Source of the DNA: a virus
Taxonomy: Duplodnaviria; Heunggongvirae; Uroviricota; Caudoviricetes
DNA length: 64,000 nt
IMG/VR virus record: IMGVR_UViG_3300025913_000020
Reading direction: 5' to 3' (one strand)
Shown here in pieces: positions 42,326 to 50,617 of this stretch. Position 1 is the stretch's first letter. Every line of letters begins with the position of its first letter. The position numbers were made by a program, and so were the translations under genes. A model generated the notes under the pieces. That model was not told where the DNA came from. It made no database searches and saw only the letters and a program-made list of their open reading frames with translations.

Positions 42326-43786
42326 TCACAGCTTTCGGTCGCGGATCGCCTGGGCCAGTTTGGAACCAATCATGGTCAGTGCCTTGTAGTACTCCTCGCT
42401 CAGGTGATTCTCGCTGTACTCGTGGCCGAACTCGTGGATGATCAGGTCATCAATTTCCTGCTGGTTCGTCTCACGATTGAACCAGTCGTAGCCGAGCCGA
42501 CCGACGTTGAACACCAGGGTCCCGCTCGGGCCGTAAGTGGCACCGTAGGGCCAGGTTGCTTCCGCCGCAAAGACCACGCTGATACTTTTGCCGAGCACGA
42601 TCCGGGCGAACGCTTTGGCGTAAGTTTCCACGTGCTGCATCCCGACCGTTACTTCCTTGACCAGCTTCAATGGCGCGCCGTCCGGGCTGTAGGGCTTGGG
42701 TGAAGGCGTGACCTGACCGGCAGGCAGCATCGCGCCCACGCTCTTGACGTTACTCCAGGCGGCCTTGCTGAGCTGATTGCCGGTGACCACCGTGAAGCCA
42801 GCGGCAGCGGCACGGCTGTTGGATTCGATGTCGGACGGATCGTAGATGACGCGTTTCTCACCGAAGCGCTGAGTCATGCACGCCTCGACCGCTGCGGGTG
42901 CGATGTCCGGTGAAGTCAAAGCTTCAGCGGCCCAGGACGTGTTGGCATCCTCGCTGTCGATGATTGTTGACATGTTATTCACAGCGGCTACTGCGAGCTG
43001 TTTTCGGAAGGAAGGCAGGACTTCTTCACGGTCCATCGTGAGCGGAACTTTCTGACCCACGTTGAAGATGTATTTGCCGTCGATCTCGCACACGGGTATC
43101 CCCATCTCGTAGATGGCAGCCGGGCAGCCTTCGCCGGGAACAGCGCGGTAAACTTCCACATTCGTCAGCCGGGTGGTTTTGACCATGTTGCCTTCACCGT
43201 CAGCGACCTCAGTGGCCAGGGCAGCTTTGAATCGCGTCATGCCCGGCGCACTGACGAGGGCTTTGCCGTTGATAGTCGTGATGATGGTCTTTTCGCCAAC
43301 CGGAGGAATCAGCCGAGCGCAGGCATTTACAATCTGGTCGATCTCGTCCTTTTTCACGCGAATCATCATTGAGATCACCGAACCCTTTTCCCGCTTCAAT
43401 CCTGGCGACCGTTGCCTGCCGTGTTTGGTAAAATTGACGGTGCCGGTGGTTGTGGAGACGCAGGCTTCTGAAGCGAGGGCCAGCACCAGCTTCTCGCCGA
43501 GGTTGAACCGACCGCGCTTTTCCGGGTTGGCCTTTTTCTTGGACTCAGCGAACAAGGTGTAGGCGTGCGTGAGGTCAGAGAATCCATCCGGCGCATCGTC
43601 CGTCACACGCAGCATCGCCTGGCCAGGATACCCCGGCACCGACTCAAGCGTGACATCGACCTGAGTGACGCCTTCTTCGTCCCAGGCATTCTGGATCAGT
43701 TCAAAGATAATGAACTCCTTGCCCTTGCGCTGGAGGATTTTCGCCAGCCCGTCTTTGTCTATTTCAAACCATGATGAAGTTTTCAT
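42326..43786 (-). CDS. GHKL-type (Bergerat-fold) ATPase fused to C-terminal HExxHxxxxxH zinc-metallopeptidase-like motif
   Basis: N-box ELIQNAWDE, G1 DDAPDGFSD, G2 GRFNLGEK; C-terminal LIIHEFGHEYSENH; real start MKTSSWFEIDKDG 7 nt after -10. Confidence 0.6.
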   Translation of the reverse strand: MKTSSWFEIDKDGLAKILQRKGKEFIIFELIQNAWDEEGVTQVDVTLESVPGYPGQAMLRVTDDAPDGFSDLTHAYTLFAESKKKANPEKRGRFNLGEKLVLALASEACVSTTTGTVNFTKHGRQRSPGLKREKGSVISMMIRVKKDEIDQIVNACARLIPPVGEKTIITTINGKALVSAPGMTRFKAALATEVADGEGNMVKTTRLTNVEVYRAVPGEGCPAAIYEMGIPVCEIDGKYIFNVGQKVPLTMDREEVLPSFRKQLAVAAVNNMSTIIDSEDANTSWAAEALTSPDIAPAAVEACMTQRFGEKRVIYDPSDIESNSRAAAAGFTVVTGNQLSKAAWSNVKSVGAMLPAGQVTPSPKPYSPDGAPLKLVKEVTVGMQHVETYAKAFARIVLGKSISVVFAAEATWPYGATYGPSGTLVFNVGRLGYDWFNRETNQQEIDDLIIHEFGHEYSENHLSEEYYKALTMIGSKLAQAIRDRKL

Positions 43787-43793
43787 ACTCAGG

Positions 43794-43834
43794 ATTGTAA
43801 ACAATTACAGTCCAATGTCAATACACAAAGTGTA
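43794..43834 (-). promoter_or_regulatory. sigma70-like promoter on minus strand: TTGACA(43821-43816)-16 nt-TACAAT(43799-43794)-7 nt-ATG(43786), plus upstream element TCAATACACAAAGTGTA
   Basis: read directly; second element recurs at 46141-46160. Confidence 0.55.
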
Positions 43835-43847
43835 TTTATTTTACCCT

Positions 43848-44186
43848 TTATTTAATAGGCTTTAATGCGTCATCGTGCGATTTGACTAGGCGCTTTAGTT
43901 TCAAGCTGAAGGGCGTATCACCGGAGCGTAGAGGCGGTAATTCCTCTGTCGTTTTCCTGTTCCTGGCCAGCGCCACGGCGGTCTTAAATGGGTTGGGCAG
44001 CTTGAATCCGCCCACCCGGTTCAAGTGGACCCAGATCGCGGCCCAGTAGCCGAACATCTGGAACTTGTAGCGGGCCAGGGCGTCCCAGGCTTTCTTCTCC
44101 GCTTCTTCCAGGTCGGCTCGAAGGCGCGCCTCGATGTCGGTTACAGCGCTGCCACTTCGAATCTGCTTTTTTGTATCGGTTTCCAT
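43848..44186 (-). CDS. hypothetical protein (112 aa)
   Basis: start METDTKKQ; overlaps next gene 46 nt. Confidence 0.35.
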   Translation of the reverse strand: METDTKKQIRSGSAVTDIEARLRADLEEAEKKAWDALARYKFQMFGYWAAIWVHLNRVGGFKLPNPFKTAVALARNRKTTEELPPLRSGDTPFSLKLKRLVKSHDDALKPIK

Positions 44187-44590
44187 ACGATTGTTTTTCG
44201 GTCCTGGTATCCGGGCACCAGGAGCTTTTTGAATTCCATGTAGAGGTTGTTGCTGACACCGCGTGCAGCCGGGTGCGGCACTGACAGCATGGGTCCGCTC
44301 CATATCCAGGCCAGGGCGTTCTCGGCCTGCTTGCCGCAGGTGATCACGATCTCGGGGGCGCGCTCGGCCAGGACGTTGAGGATGTGCCCGTTGTCCGGCG
44401 CTACGACGCTGTTGGGAGCCTCGCCCACTATGGGGGTGGTGTTCTCGCAGATGGACAGGTCATCCACCAGGTAAATCAGGCGCTGACCGGAGCGAGATCG
44501 GGCCAGAGCGCGCAGCCAGGACTCACGCGGCCAGCGGCGTCCGGCATAGACCGGCGACCAGGCGTTCTGGAGGAAGACTACGGCTTTCAT
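44141..44590 (-). CDS. uracil-DNA glycosylase superfamily-like protein (tentative)
   Basis: start MKAVVFLQNAW; IVGEAPNSVVAPDNGHILNVL resembles UDG motif A (GEAPG...G..L..L) and SVPHPAARG resembles motif B (HPS). Confidence 0.4.
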   Translation of the reverse strand: MKAVVFLQNAWSPVYAGRRWPRESWLRALARSRSGQRLIYLVDDLSICENTTPIVGEAPNSVVAPDNGHILNVLAERAPEIVITCGKQAENALAWIWSGPMLSVPHPAARGVSNNLYMEFKKLLVPGYQDRKTIVWKPIQKSRFEVAAL

Positions 44591-45108
44591 ATCGCTTCTT
44601 TCGCTAGAACCAGCTCCACTTTCTCGACGCCGATTTTGCGTTGATCTCTCCACCAGCTTTCACGCCCCCAGTTGATGGCTAGGAGCTGCGCTTTCGCGGG
44701 GTCGTTGGCATACACTCCAATGCTGACTTTGGGAGCGGAGTCGCCCCACAGCGTGACATGATAGTCAAACGCACCGGACCCGATATGAAGCAGGTCGCGG
44801 CGTTCGGCTTCCTCCGCTGTGATCGTCGGGAAATCGGTAGGCGCTGGAATTGTGCTCCAGGACTGTGAGGTCGGGAGCGACTTGATTCCCTGCGGGCGCT
44901 TCCGACTGCAATACTTTCCATCCTTGGCGACCATTTTACCGGAGAGCAGATCAATCACGACGCCTTTGAATTTAGCCGTGTATTCGCACGCTGATTTTAT
45001 ATCAAAGTGCCGGTCGCGGGCGACCCAGTGATTGAATCGTCCGATCCAGGAGAAGACGAGATAGTTGCAGGGGCGTTTGTCGGTGATGGTTTGGGTGATA
45101 GTGTTCAT
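44587..45108 (-). CDS. hypothetical protein (173 aa)
   Basis: ATGA overlap. Confidence 0.45.
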   Translation of the reverse strand: MNTITQTITDKRPCNYLVFSWIGRFNHWVARDRHFDIKSACEYTAKFKGVVIDLLSGKMVAKDGKYCSRKRPQGIKSLPTSQSWSTIPAPTDFPTITAEEAERRDLLHIGSGAFDYHVTLWGDSAPKVSIGVYANDPAKAQLLAINWGRESWWRDQRKIGVEKVELVLAKEAI

Positions 45109-46109
45109 TATGCTGGCGGGTTGAAGTTTTCGTAAACAAATCGTTCAGTGTCGTCCACAGATAGTCCGGCTGCGGTAGCTGCTTTCCAGAGAGCCGAGCT
45201 GCGTTGGTCTTCTGCGCTGATGTCGCGGCGTTCGCGGAGACCTGGATTGGCTGCGAAGATCGCTTCCCATCTGGCAACGTCTTCGGGGTTGTGCTTCGTA
45301 ATGGTGAATTTGGCCGGGCGTTTCCAGAAGCCGAATAGCTCGTCGTTTTTGCTTGGCTCGAACGTGGCGGTAAATTCCACTTCATCACCCTTGCGCGGGA
45401 ACATCACCTGGCCAGCGGCGTTGTATTCAGGAGCATTGCCGAAGGCGCGCACACCGTTGCCGAAGTCGATGGTGAGCTTGGTGACCATTTTCCGAGGATC
45501 GAAGCCAGGAATAGTTTTGGTGGACAGGACAGTGCCTTTGACTGTGTGGCGGCCACTGAGAGCTTTGCCGGTCGCGGAGGCACGGCGCGCTTCGTCTTTT
45601 TCGCGGATGCTTTCGAGGGTGGTGATCTGCTTCTCGGACAGCTCACCGAAACGGCGCATCTTTTCCAGCATGTCCTTGGCGATCTTGGGAGCACGGGCCA
45701 GGCGGCACCAGCCGATGATGCTCATCGCCTCGGGGTGCGCGGTCAAGAAATCAGCTTCGCGCTTATTGCAAGCCAGGCGCTCGGCGAGGGCCACAGTGTG
45801 CTGTGCGATCATTCTGTCGAACCGGCGCAGATTTTCCACCTTGGCGGCACAGTCACGGCCAACCCAGTAGCCGGTGCCCGTGGGCGCGTGGACAATGGCG
45901 CAGGCGTACTTGAGAGTGTGGCCGCAACAGCCGCAGCGATTGGGTTGGTTTTGAGCTTTGAAAGTCTGCCAGAGCGGTTCGTCGATGACATCCATCTCAG
46001 CCTCGACTGATCCATTTTCTCCTGCGTCCGGGTTGAAGCCGAGGACCACGCAGACAGCAACGAGCCGGAGTTCGTTCACCGGCAGTCCTTTAATAGATTC
46101 GTTTGTCAT
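45108..46109 (-). CDS. hypothetical protein (333 aa) with CGCCGH zinc cluster
   Basis: leaderless promoter upstream. Confidence 0.5.
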   Translation of the reverse strand: MTNESIKGLPVNELRLVAVCVVLGFNPDAGENGSVEAEMDVIDEPLWQTFKAQNQPNRCGCCGHTLKYACAIVHAPTGTGYWVGRDCAAKVENLRRFDRMIAQHTVALAERLACNKREADFLTAHPEAMSIIGWCRLARAPKIAKDMLEKMRRFGELSEKQITTLESIREKDEARRASATGKALSGRHTVKGTVLSTKTIPGFDPRKMVTKLTIDFGNGVRAFGNAPEYNAAGQVMFPRKGDEVEFTATFEPSKNDELFGFWKRPAKFTITKHNPEDVARWEAIFAANPGLRERRDISAEDQRSSALWKAATAAGLSVDDTERFVYENFNPPA

Positions 46110-46116
46110 GCCAGAA

Positions 46117-46160
46117 ATGTAAACGAAATAGAATTGTTGTCAATACCCAAAGTGTAAATA
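46117..46160 (-). promoter_or_regulatory. sigma70-like promoter on minus strand: TTGACA(46144-46139)-16 nt-TACATT(46122-46117)-6/7 nt-ATG(46109), plus element TCAATACCCAAAGTGTAAAT
   Basis: read directly (coordinates +/-1). Confidence 0.5.
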
Positions 46161-46236
46161 GTGAGAAATTTAATACCTCGTTGTAAGTGGCCTAACGACC
46201 GTAGTTAATGCGTGGTAATAGTGGATCGGGTGGGTG

Positions 46237-46273
46237 CCCGGCCCTCTTAGGGTTGGAGGGCCGGGTTTGTTGG
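46237..46273 (+). terminator. plus-strand intrinsic-terminator-like hairpin CCCGGCCCTC-ttagggttg-GAGGGCCGGG followed by TTTGTTGG
   Basis: in 165-nt intergenic region; no annotated plus gene upstream, so may end a small RNA. Confidence 0.4.
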
Positions 46274-46274
46274 A

Positions 46275-46475
46275 GTGCGTATGAAATTTCGCTTAATAGC
46301 AGCACCGGTTGAGCGAGGGGACCTAAACAGGATTTTCTCTCTGTTCGAAGTCGCGCAATTCCTCGAAATAGCTGTTGAAGACCTGGCCCTGCGCGGAAAA
46401 CTCTCGGGAAACGTCAGCCTGGATGGCTATACTTTCGAGGTTGTTCGCAGCGTGCAGGGTTCAAGTTTCAAATAG
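46275..46475 (+). CDS. excisionase/MerR-like HTH_17-type small DNA-binding protein (tentative)
   Basis: 66 aa, GTG start; SLFEVAQFLEIAVEDLALRGKLSG fits E-V-A-x-x-L-x-I-x-x-x-x-L-x-x-x-x-x-G-K-L pattern of Xis/AlpA-type HTH. Confidence 0.4.
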   Translation: MRMKFRLIAAPVERGDLNRIFSLFEVAQFLEIAVEDLALRGKLSGNVSLDGYTFEVVRSVQGSSFK

Positions 46476-48221
46476 CGTTGCGCTGGCTCGGATTCTCAGC
46501 TCGCGATCCTGTTCCATCAGGTCGGGAGCGCGCAGGGCTGTTAGCGCGTTTCCAAACGTGCTGGAGTTCACGCTGTATCCCGTCGCGTCTGAAATCTCCT
46601 GGCGCGTGGCAAACTCCGGGAAGCGCGTCAGCAGGTAACTGAAAATCTTTCCCGCTGCGCCGCTCAGCTTATTCACCCAGAGATTTCTCAGAGCTTCACC
46701 TTTTGGCAACGGTTCAAAGTTTTTCAACAGGGCGCGAGCCTCGGGTATTGCAGTCAGCGTGTCGCCGCTGCGGATGATCGCGTTGTTTTTGGAAAGCTCG
46801 GTCAGCCCGTTGCCGAACGTGCTTGAAGTCACGCTGTAGCCGGATAGAAGCGCGGCCTGGCTGCGGGTCCGCCCTTCGGGATAACTGAGCAGCACGGTCA
46901 GAATCGCTGACGCACACTTGGAAAGTCCACCCGAGGATGGATCATGCACCGGCGATGAAAAATCGTGCCGAGTGGCGACAACTGGAGCCGGGATCGCCTT
47001 GGGTGCTACCGGTGTCGCAACCGCCATACTCGTCTTCTGGATCACGATCAATTTGTTTACAATATCGGTGCGTAGCGCTACCGCCTGATTGGCCAGCTCA
47101 GAGAAGTTCACCACCGTCTTGCTGAAAGTAGTGCAGGCTTCCTCGATTCGCTTCAGAGTTTTTTCCTGCTCGGGCGTTAGCACGGGAACTTCGACCTTTT
47201 CGATTCGCGTGTCCACGACCGTCACCGGCCTGGGCGCGACAGCGGCCTGTTCCGCTTTTACCAGCTTTTGTTTCAAAACAGCCACTTGTTGTTTCAAATG
47301 GGCCGGATCATTCTCGTTGGCGCGCTCAATCGTTTCACGAATCTCATTTCCCAGGCGCACGAGATCGACCTTGGCCAGCTTTTGCGGGATGATGACTTTT
47401 TCACCTGCCTTGGGCGTGGCTGATGAGTTGAAGGTCCGGCGCTGCCGGATGGTGATCCGTTGAAAGATGCGCAGCCAGCCGGGCGACCATATCCAGCCCT
47501 CGCCGGTGTGAAGCGATGCCAGGGACTGCATCATGATGTCGCGCTGTTCCTTCGTGCCGTTGCGCTTCACCCAATCGTCGATGGCGTCCTGGTCCTGGGG
47601 CGAGTTGAGCTGAAGTACGATCAACAGTTCGGTCTGAGTGAAGACATTCTTATTGAGCACAGCCGGGCGCTGCGTGATCAGCGTCGTGCCAATCCCACGG
47701 ATGCCTCCCCGGCGCACCAGGGCTTCGAAGGCTCCGAGCATTCGCTGCTGGCCGTCCTGGGGTTTCTGGGGAGCGAAAGAGTCGGCTTCGTCCACGAACA
47801 GGTGCAGCGGATTGCGGTTTTGATTTTTACGCCGGTAGAGGCGTTCGGCAAAGTCAGTGGCGAAGCGATCCTGCTGTGCGTTGCTTTCGGTCGAGGAGAG
47901 GTCGATGACGTAGTAGCCAGGATGGTCAACCACCATGTCGGCGATGACCCGGCCTGCCGTATATTCCAGTGGAACGTCCGCGTGCTCACCGCCGATGATC
48001 ACCACTGGCAAACCTTCGCGCAGACCGTTTGCTGATGAACGCAGGCCCCACCAGGCACCGGTCGGATCGAGCACGGCAAACGGCTGTGACGCCGCCACCA
48101 GCTCCTCGGCGATCACCGATCCTGTGTAGGTCTTACCGACCCGGCGCATGGCCATGATGGAACACGTCTGGGTGACGAAATCCAACGGCAGCGTCAGTTC
48201 CTTTGAGATTTTGAGGCTCAT
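46461..48221 (-). CDS. FtsK/HerA-superfamily P-loop ATPase with two C-terminal tandem winged-HTH (FtsK-gamma-like) repeats
   Basis: 586 aa; Walker A AMRRVGKTY, FAVLDPTGAWWG, Walker B LHLFVDEAD; C-terminal repeats ...SGYSVTSSTFGNGLTEL... and ...TGYSVNSSTFGNALTAL... Confidence 0.7.
   Translation of the reverse strand: MSLKISKELTLPLDFVTQTCSIMAMRRVGKTYTGSVIAEELVAASQPFAVLDPTGAWWGLRSSANGLREGLPVVIIGGEHADVPLEYTAGRVIADMVVDHPGYYVIDLSSTESNAQQDRFATDFAERLYRRKNQNRNPLHLFVDEADSFAPQKPQDGQQRMLGAFEALVRRGGIRGIGTTLITQRPAVLNKNVFTQTELLIVLQLNSPQDQDAIDDWVKRNGTKEQRDIMMQSLASLHTGEGWIWSPGWLRIFQRITIRQRRTFNSSATPKAGEKVIIPQKLAKVDLVRLGNEIRETIERANENDPAHLKQQVAVLKQKLVKAEQAAVAPRPVTVVDTRIEKVEVPVLTPEQEKTLKRIEEACTTFSKTVVNFSELANQAVALRTDIVNKLIVIQKTSMAVATPVAPKAIPAPVVATRHDFSSPVHDPSSGGLSKCASAILTVLLSYPEGRTRSQAALLSGYSVTSSTFGNGLTELSKNNAIIRSGDTLTAIPEARALLKNFEPLPKGEALRNLWVNKLSGAAGKIFSYLLTRFPEFATRQEISDATGYSVNSSTFGNALTALRAPDLMEQDRELRIRASATLFET
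47048..47068 (-). promoter_or_regulatory. internal motif copy TCAATTTGTTTACAATATCGG inside ATPase gene, 23 nt upstream of in-frame ATG at 47027
   Basis: would express the C-terminal 188-aa tandem wHTH part separately. Confidence 0.3.
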
Positions 48222-48241
48222 GCCTCAAAGAACGGAATCGT

Positions 48242-48481
48242 TTACTTTACTTCCAGGACGACGCGAAATTGGGCCAGACCACAGTTGGTGCAGCGCCGGA
48301 ACTGGATGAATTGAGCGTTTTTGCCGTTGTTCTCGTCCGGGTCAGGATCGCCCCATTGACCCCATTCGTGGGTGTGGACGACTTCAGGATTTGCGGGGTG
48401 GACGTGGACGGCGAGGAGCGCGGTTCCTCCGACCACCAGGATTAGGGCCGCCAGAAGCGGCAGAAAGACTTTTTTCTTCAT
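48242..48481 (-). CDS. small secreted/membrane protein with CTNCG motif
   Basis: signal peptide MKKKVFLPLLAALILVVGGTALLAV. Confidence 0.4.
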   Translation of the reverse strand: MKKKVFLPLLAALILVVGGTALLAVHVHPANPEVVHTHEWGQWGDPDPDENNGKNAQFIQFRRCTNCGLAQFRVVLEVK

Positions 48482-48890
48482 TTTTACGTTTGCCCGTAGC
48501 TGCTGCGATTATGGGCAGAAGCTCGTCATGATATTTTAGAACGTAATCACGATGCTTTTGATCCAATTTTTCGGCGCGCCCACGCATGTAGCCCAGTATC
48601 CAGAGGACAAAATCAATCTGTTCCTTGGTTAAACTTACGTTGGGGTGCTCGTGGCGAAGATCGCGGTCAATACCCAAGCTCTCAATTCCCAGATTCTTCG
48701 CCAGGATGTCGCGCATTCGAACGGCGGCATCGGCATAGACGAAGTCTGATCCAACAGTGGTGAAGTTAAAAACGCCATCGCGGTGCCAGGTCACCAGCAC
48801 GGTTACGTCCTGACCGTGCTTTGCGGCGAGGGCGCGCAGTGTTTCAATGGGTACCGGTACCGGCGTCTTTTTCCATTTTGGAATCGGCAT
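48384..48890 (-). CDS. hypothetical protein with Arg/Pro-rich tail
   Basis: start MPIPKWKK; overlaps neighbours in other frames. Confidence 0.35.
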   Translation of the reverse strand: MPIPKWKKTPVPVPIETLRALAAKHGQDVTVLVTWHRDGVFNFTTVGSDFVYADAAVRMRDILAKNLGIESLGIDRDLRHEHPNVSLTKEQIDFVLWILGYMRGRAEKLDQKHRDYVLKYHDELLPIIAAATGKRKNEEKSLSAASGGPNPGGRRNRAPRRPRPPRKS

Positions 48891-49149
48891 AAACTTGAGC
48901 GAGTTGTCGGTTGGCTTCTTCAATAGTTTTTCGAGTCGCGGGGGTCTCATGCTCCGGGTAGCAGTTCACGTAGATGCGGTCGTAAACGCGCCAGAATTTT
49001 CCACCGAAACCAAGCGTGCCGATGAAGCGCCACTCGGTCGGGTGATTCCTCTTGCTCTGATTGTACACAAAGCTGTCGCGATCACCTTCAGAGGCCCCGC
49101 AGACCTTTACCAGGATGTCGTAGATGCGGTTGAGAGTGGCTTCTGACAC
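48844..49149 (-). CDS. hypothetical protein (101 aa)
   Basis: complete ORF. Confidence 0.4.
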   Translation of the reverse strand: MSEATLNRIYDILVKVCGASEGDRDSFVYNQSKRNHPTEWRFIGTLGFGGKFWRVYDRIYVNCYPEHETPATRKTIEEANRQLAQVYADSKMEKDAGTGTH

Positions 49150-49150
49150 G

Positions 49151-49858
49151 TTATCCCCAGTAAACCAGCGGGTCTCTCCAGCTCGGGAACTTCTGGGTCA
49201 GCCACACATTGGCCGCTTCTTTGGCCTCATCAATGGCTTTGGATCGCGCCATAGCTTCTTCGCGTTTGTCCCAGTTCGCTTCCGGCAATGGGTCGGATGA
49301 GTGCAGGACTTCTTTAGTAGCGGTGTCGATGACATCCACTCGCACGAATTTTGAGCTGACGCCCATTTTGTCTGCTTTATGCTCGCCGGTGGCGCGGTCG
49401 TAAATCTCCTCCTTCTTTTCGTCGAGGTAGGTGCTTCTGAAAGTGTAGCGCGGATTGAGACCGATGTGTGCGTTGTAATCGTAAAAAGCGGCTTTGAAGA
49501 AAATGCTACCGCGTTTGCGACCTTTGTCGTCCAGCAGATCACTCCACATGGAATGGCCGCTCGGACGTTTGGTCCAGCCTTTTGGGAAACTGCATTTCCA
49601 GAAAATACGGTCGGTCTTTTCGCCGAAGGTGAAGCCCAGTTTTTCGAAGTCCTTCACGGTGCAACCCTGCATGTCGATGGGCAGTGTCTCAAGCTTGGCC
49701 TGGGCCTGCTGGCCTTCCCGCTCCTGGGCTTCGATGCCGCCCGGCGTGGCAGCACGAATAGAGTTTGGTATATCTCCGACAGCGGCGGCGGCCATGGACG
49801 CCATGTTCGGTCCGCCCCGATGGACGTGGGTGAATCCTCGTTCTTTGCGTGTTTTCAT
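49151..49858 (-). CDS. hypothetical protein (235 aa)
   Basis: complete ORF. Confidence 0.5.
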   Translation of the reverse strand: MKTRKERGFTHVHRGGPNMASMAAAAVGDIPNSIRAATPGGIEAQEREGQQAQAKLETLPIDMQGCTVKDFEKLGFTFGEKTDRIFWKCSFPKGWTKRPSGHSMWSDLLDDKGRKRGSIFFKAAFYDYNAHIGLNPRYTFRSTYLDEKKEEIYDRATGEHKADKMGVSSKFVRVDVIDTATKEVLHSSDPLPEANWDKREEAMARSKAIDEAKEAANVWLTQKFPSWRDPLVYWG

Positions 49859-49892
49859 TGATTGGTTGGTTAGGTGGTTAGGTGGTTAATTC

Positions 49893-50321
49893 TTACTCAA
49901 ACGCGCCGCTGGCCTGTAATTGCAGGGCGGCAGCAGCTCCTCTCATGAGCATGTCCACATCTTCGGCGGTGGCTTTGCCGTTTGTCCATTCGGACAGATT
50001 GACCAGCATTTTGCGATACTGGCGATCACTGTAATCCTTGCACCACTTCTCGAAGACTTCCTGGAAGTTGGCGCTGGTACGCAATGGCGTGAAGTGTTCG
50101 CCGAGGTCGGCGGCCATCAAATCGAGTTTTGTCTTGTAGTCGGTGTCGGGCAGCAAGAGAGTTTTTGTCTCCCGCGCCATGACCTCATCCAGGACATCTT
50201 GCGGGTCTCGCGACGGGTCTTTTGCTTTGGCAGTTTCCAGGAAGATGTCATTTATTTTTCCGGCCTTCTCCATCACTTCTTCCAACTGCCTCATTGCTTT
50301 GAGTTTATTTAGTGCGCTCAT
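49893..50321 (-). CDS. hypothetical helical protein (142 aa)
   Basis: complete ORF. Confidence 0.5.
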   Translation of the reverse strand: MSALNKLKAMRQLEEVMEKAGKINDIFLETAKAKDPSRDPQDVLDEVMARETKTLLLPDTDYKTKLDLMAADLGEHFTPLRTSANFQEVFEKWCKDYSDRQYRKMLVNLSEWTNGKATAEDVDMLMRGAAAALQLQASGAFE

Positions 50322-50614
50322 GGTTTGTTTAATCGGTCAACTCGCCAGACTTGGTCCTGTCCACAATAGAAAGTCCAGTCATTGGCTCCTACATAAGAAC
50401 CGTGATCGTCGCGGCCTATAACCACCACGGCGATATGCGTCTTCCAGGCGTTGCTTGGGACAGGCAGCGTCTGACCTGGAGGTAAATTGAGGCAGAGGAG
50501 CTGATTCTCTGAAATGACATCGAGATTAGCGGTCGTGTTATTGACCACGGTCAACTGCTGCGAGGCACAGCCGCACAACAGGGACAAGAAGATGACCATC
50601 TTCACCAGCTTCAT
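50318..50614 (-). CDS. small secreted protein (possible lipoprotein)
   Basis: MKLVKMVIFLSLLCGCASQQ signal peptide. Confidence 0.5.
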   Translation of the reverse strand: MKLVKMVIFLSLLCGCASQQLTVVNNTTANLDVISENQLLCLNLPPGQTLPVPSNAWKTHIAVVVIGRDDHGSYVGANDWTFYCGQDQVWRVDRLNKP

Positions 50615-50617
50615 TGA

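Noticed and set aside
45148-48035. Plus-strand ORFs 45148..45870, 45546..46010, 47089..47463 and 47460..48035
   Set aside because: They are antisense to 45108..46109 and to the ATPase gene, with low-complexity Ala/Arg/Ser/Pro-rich products.
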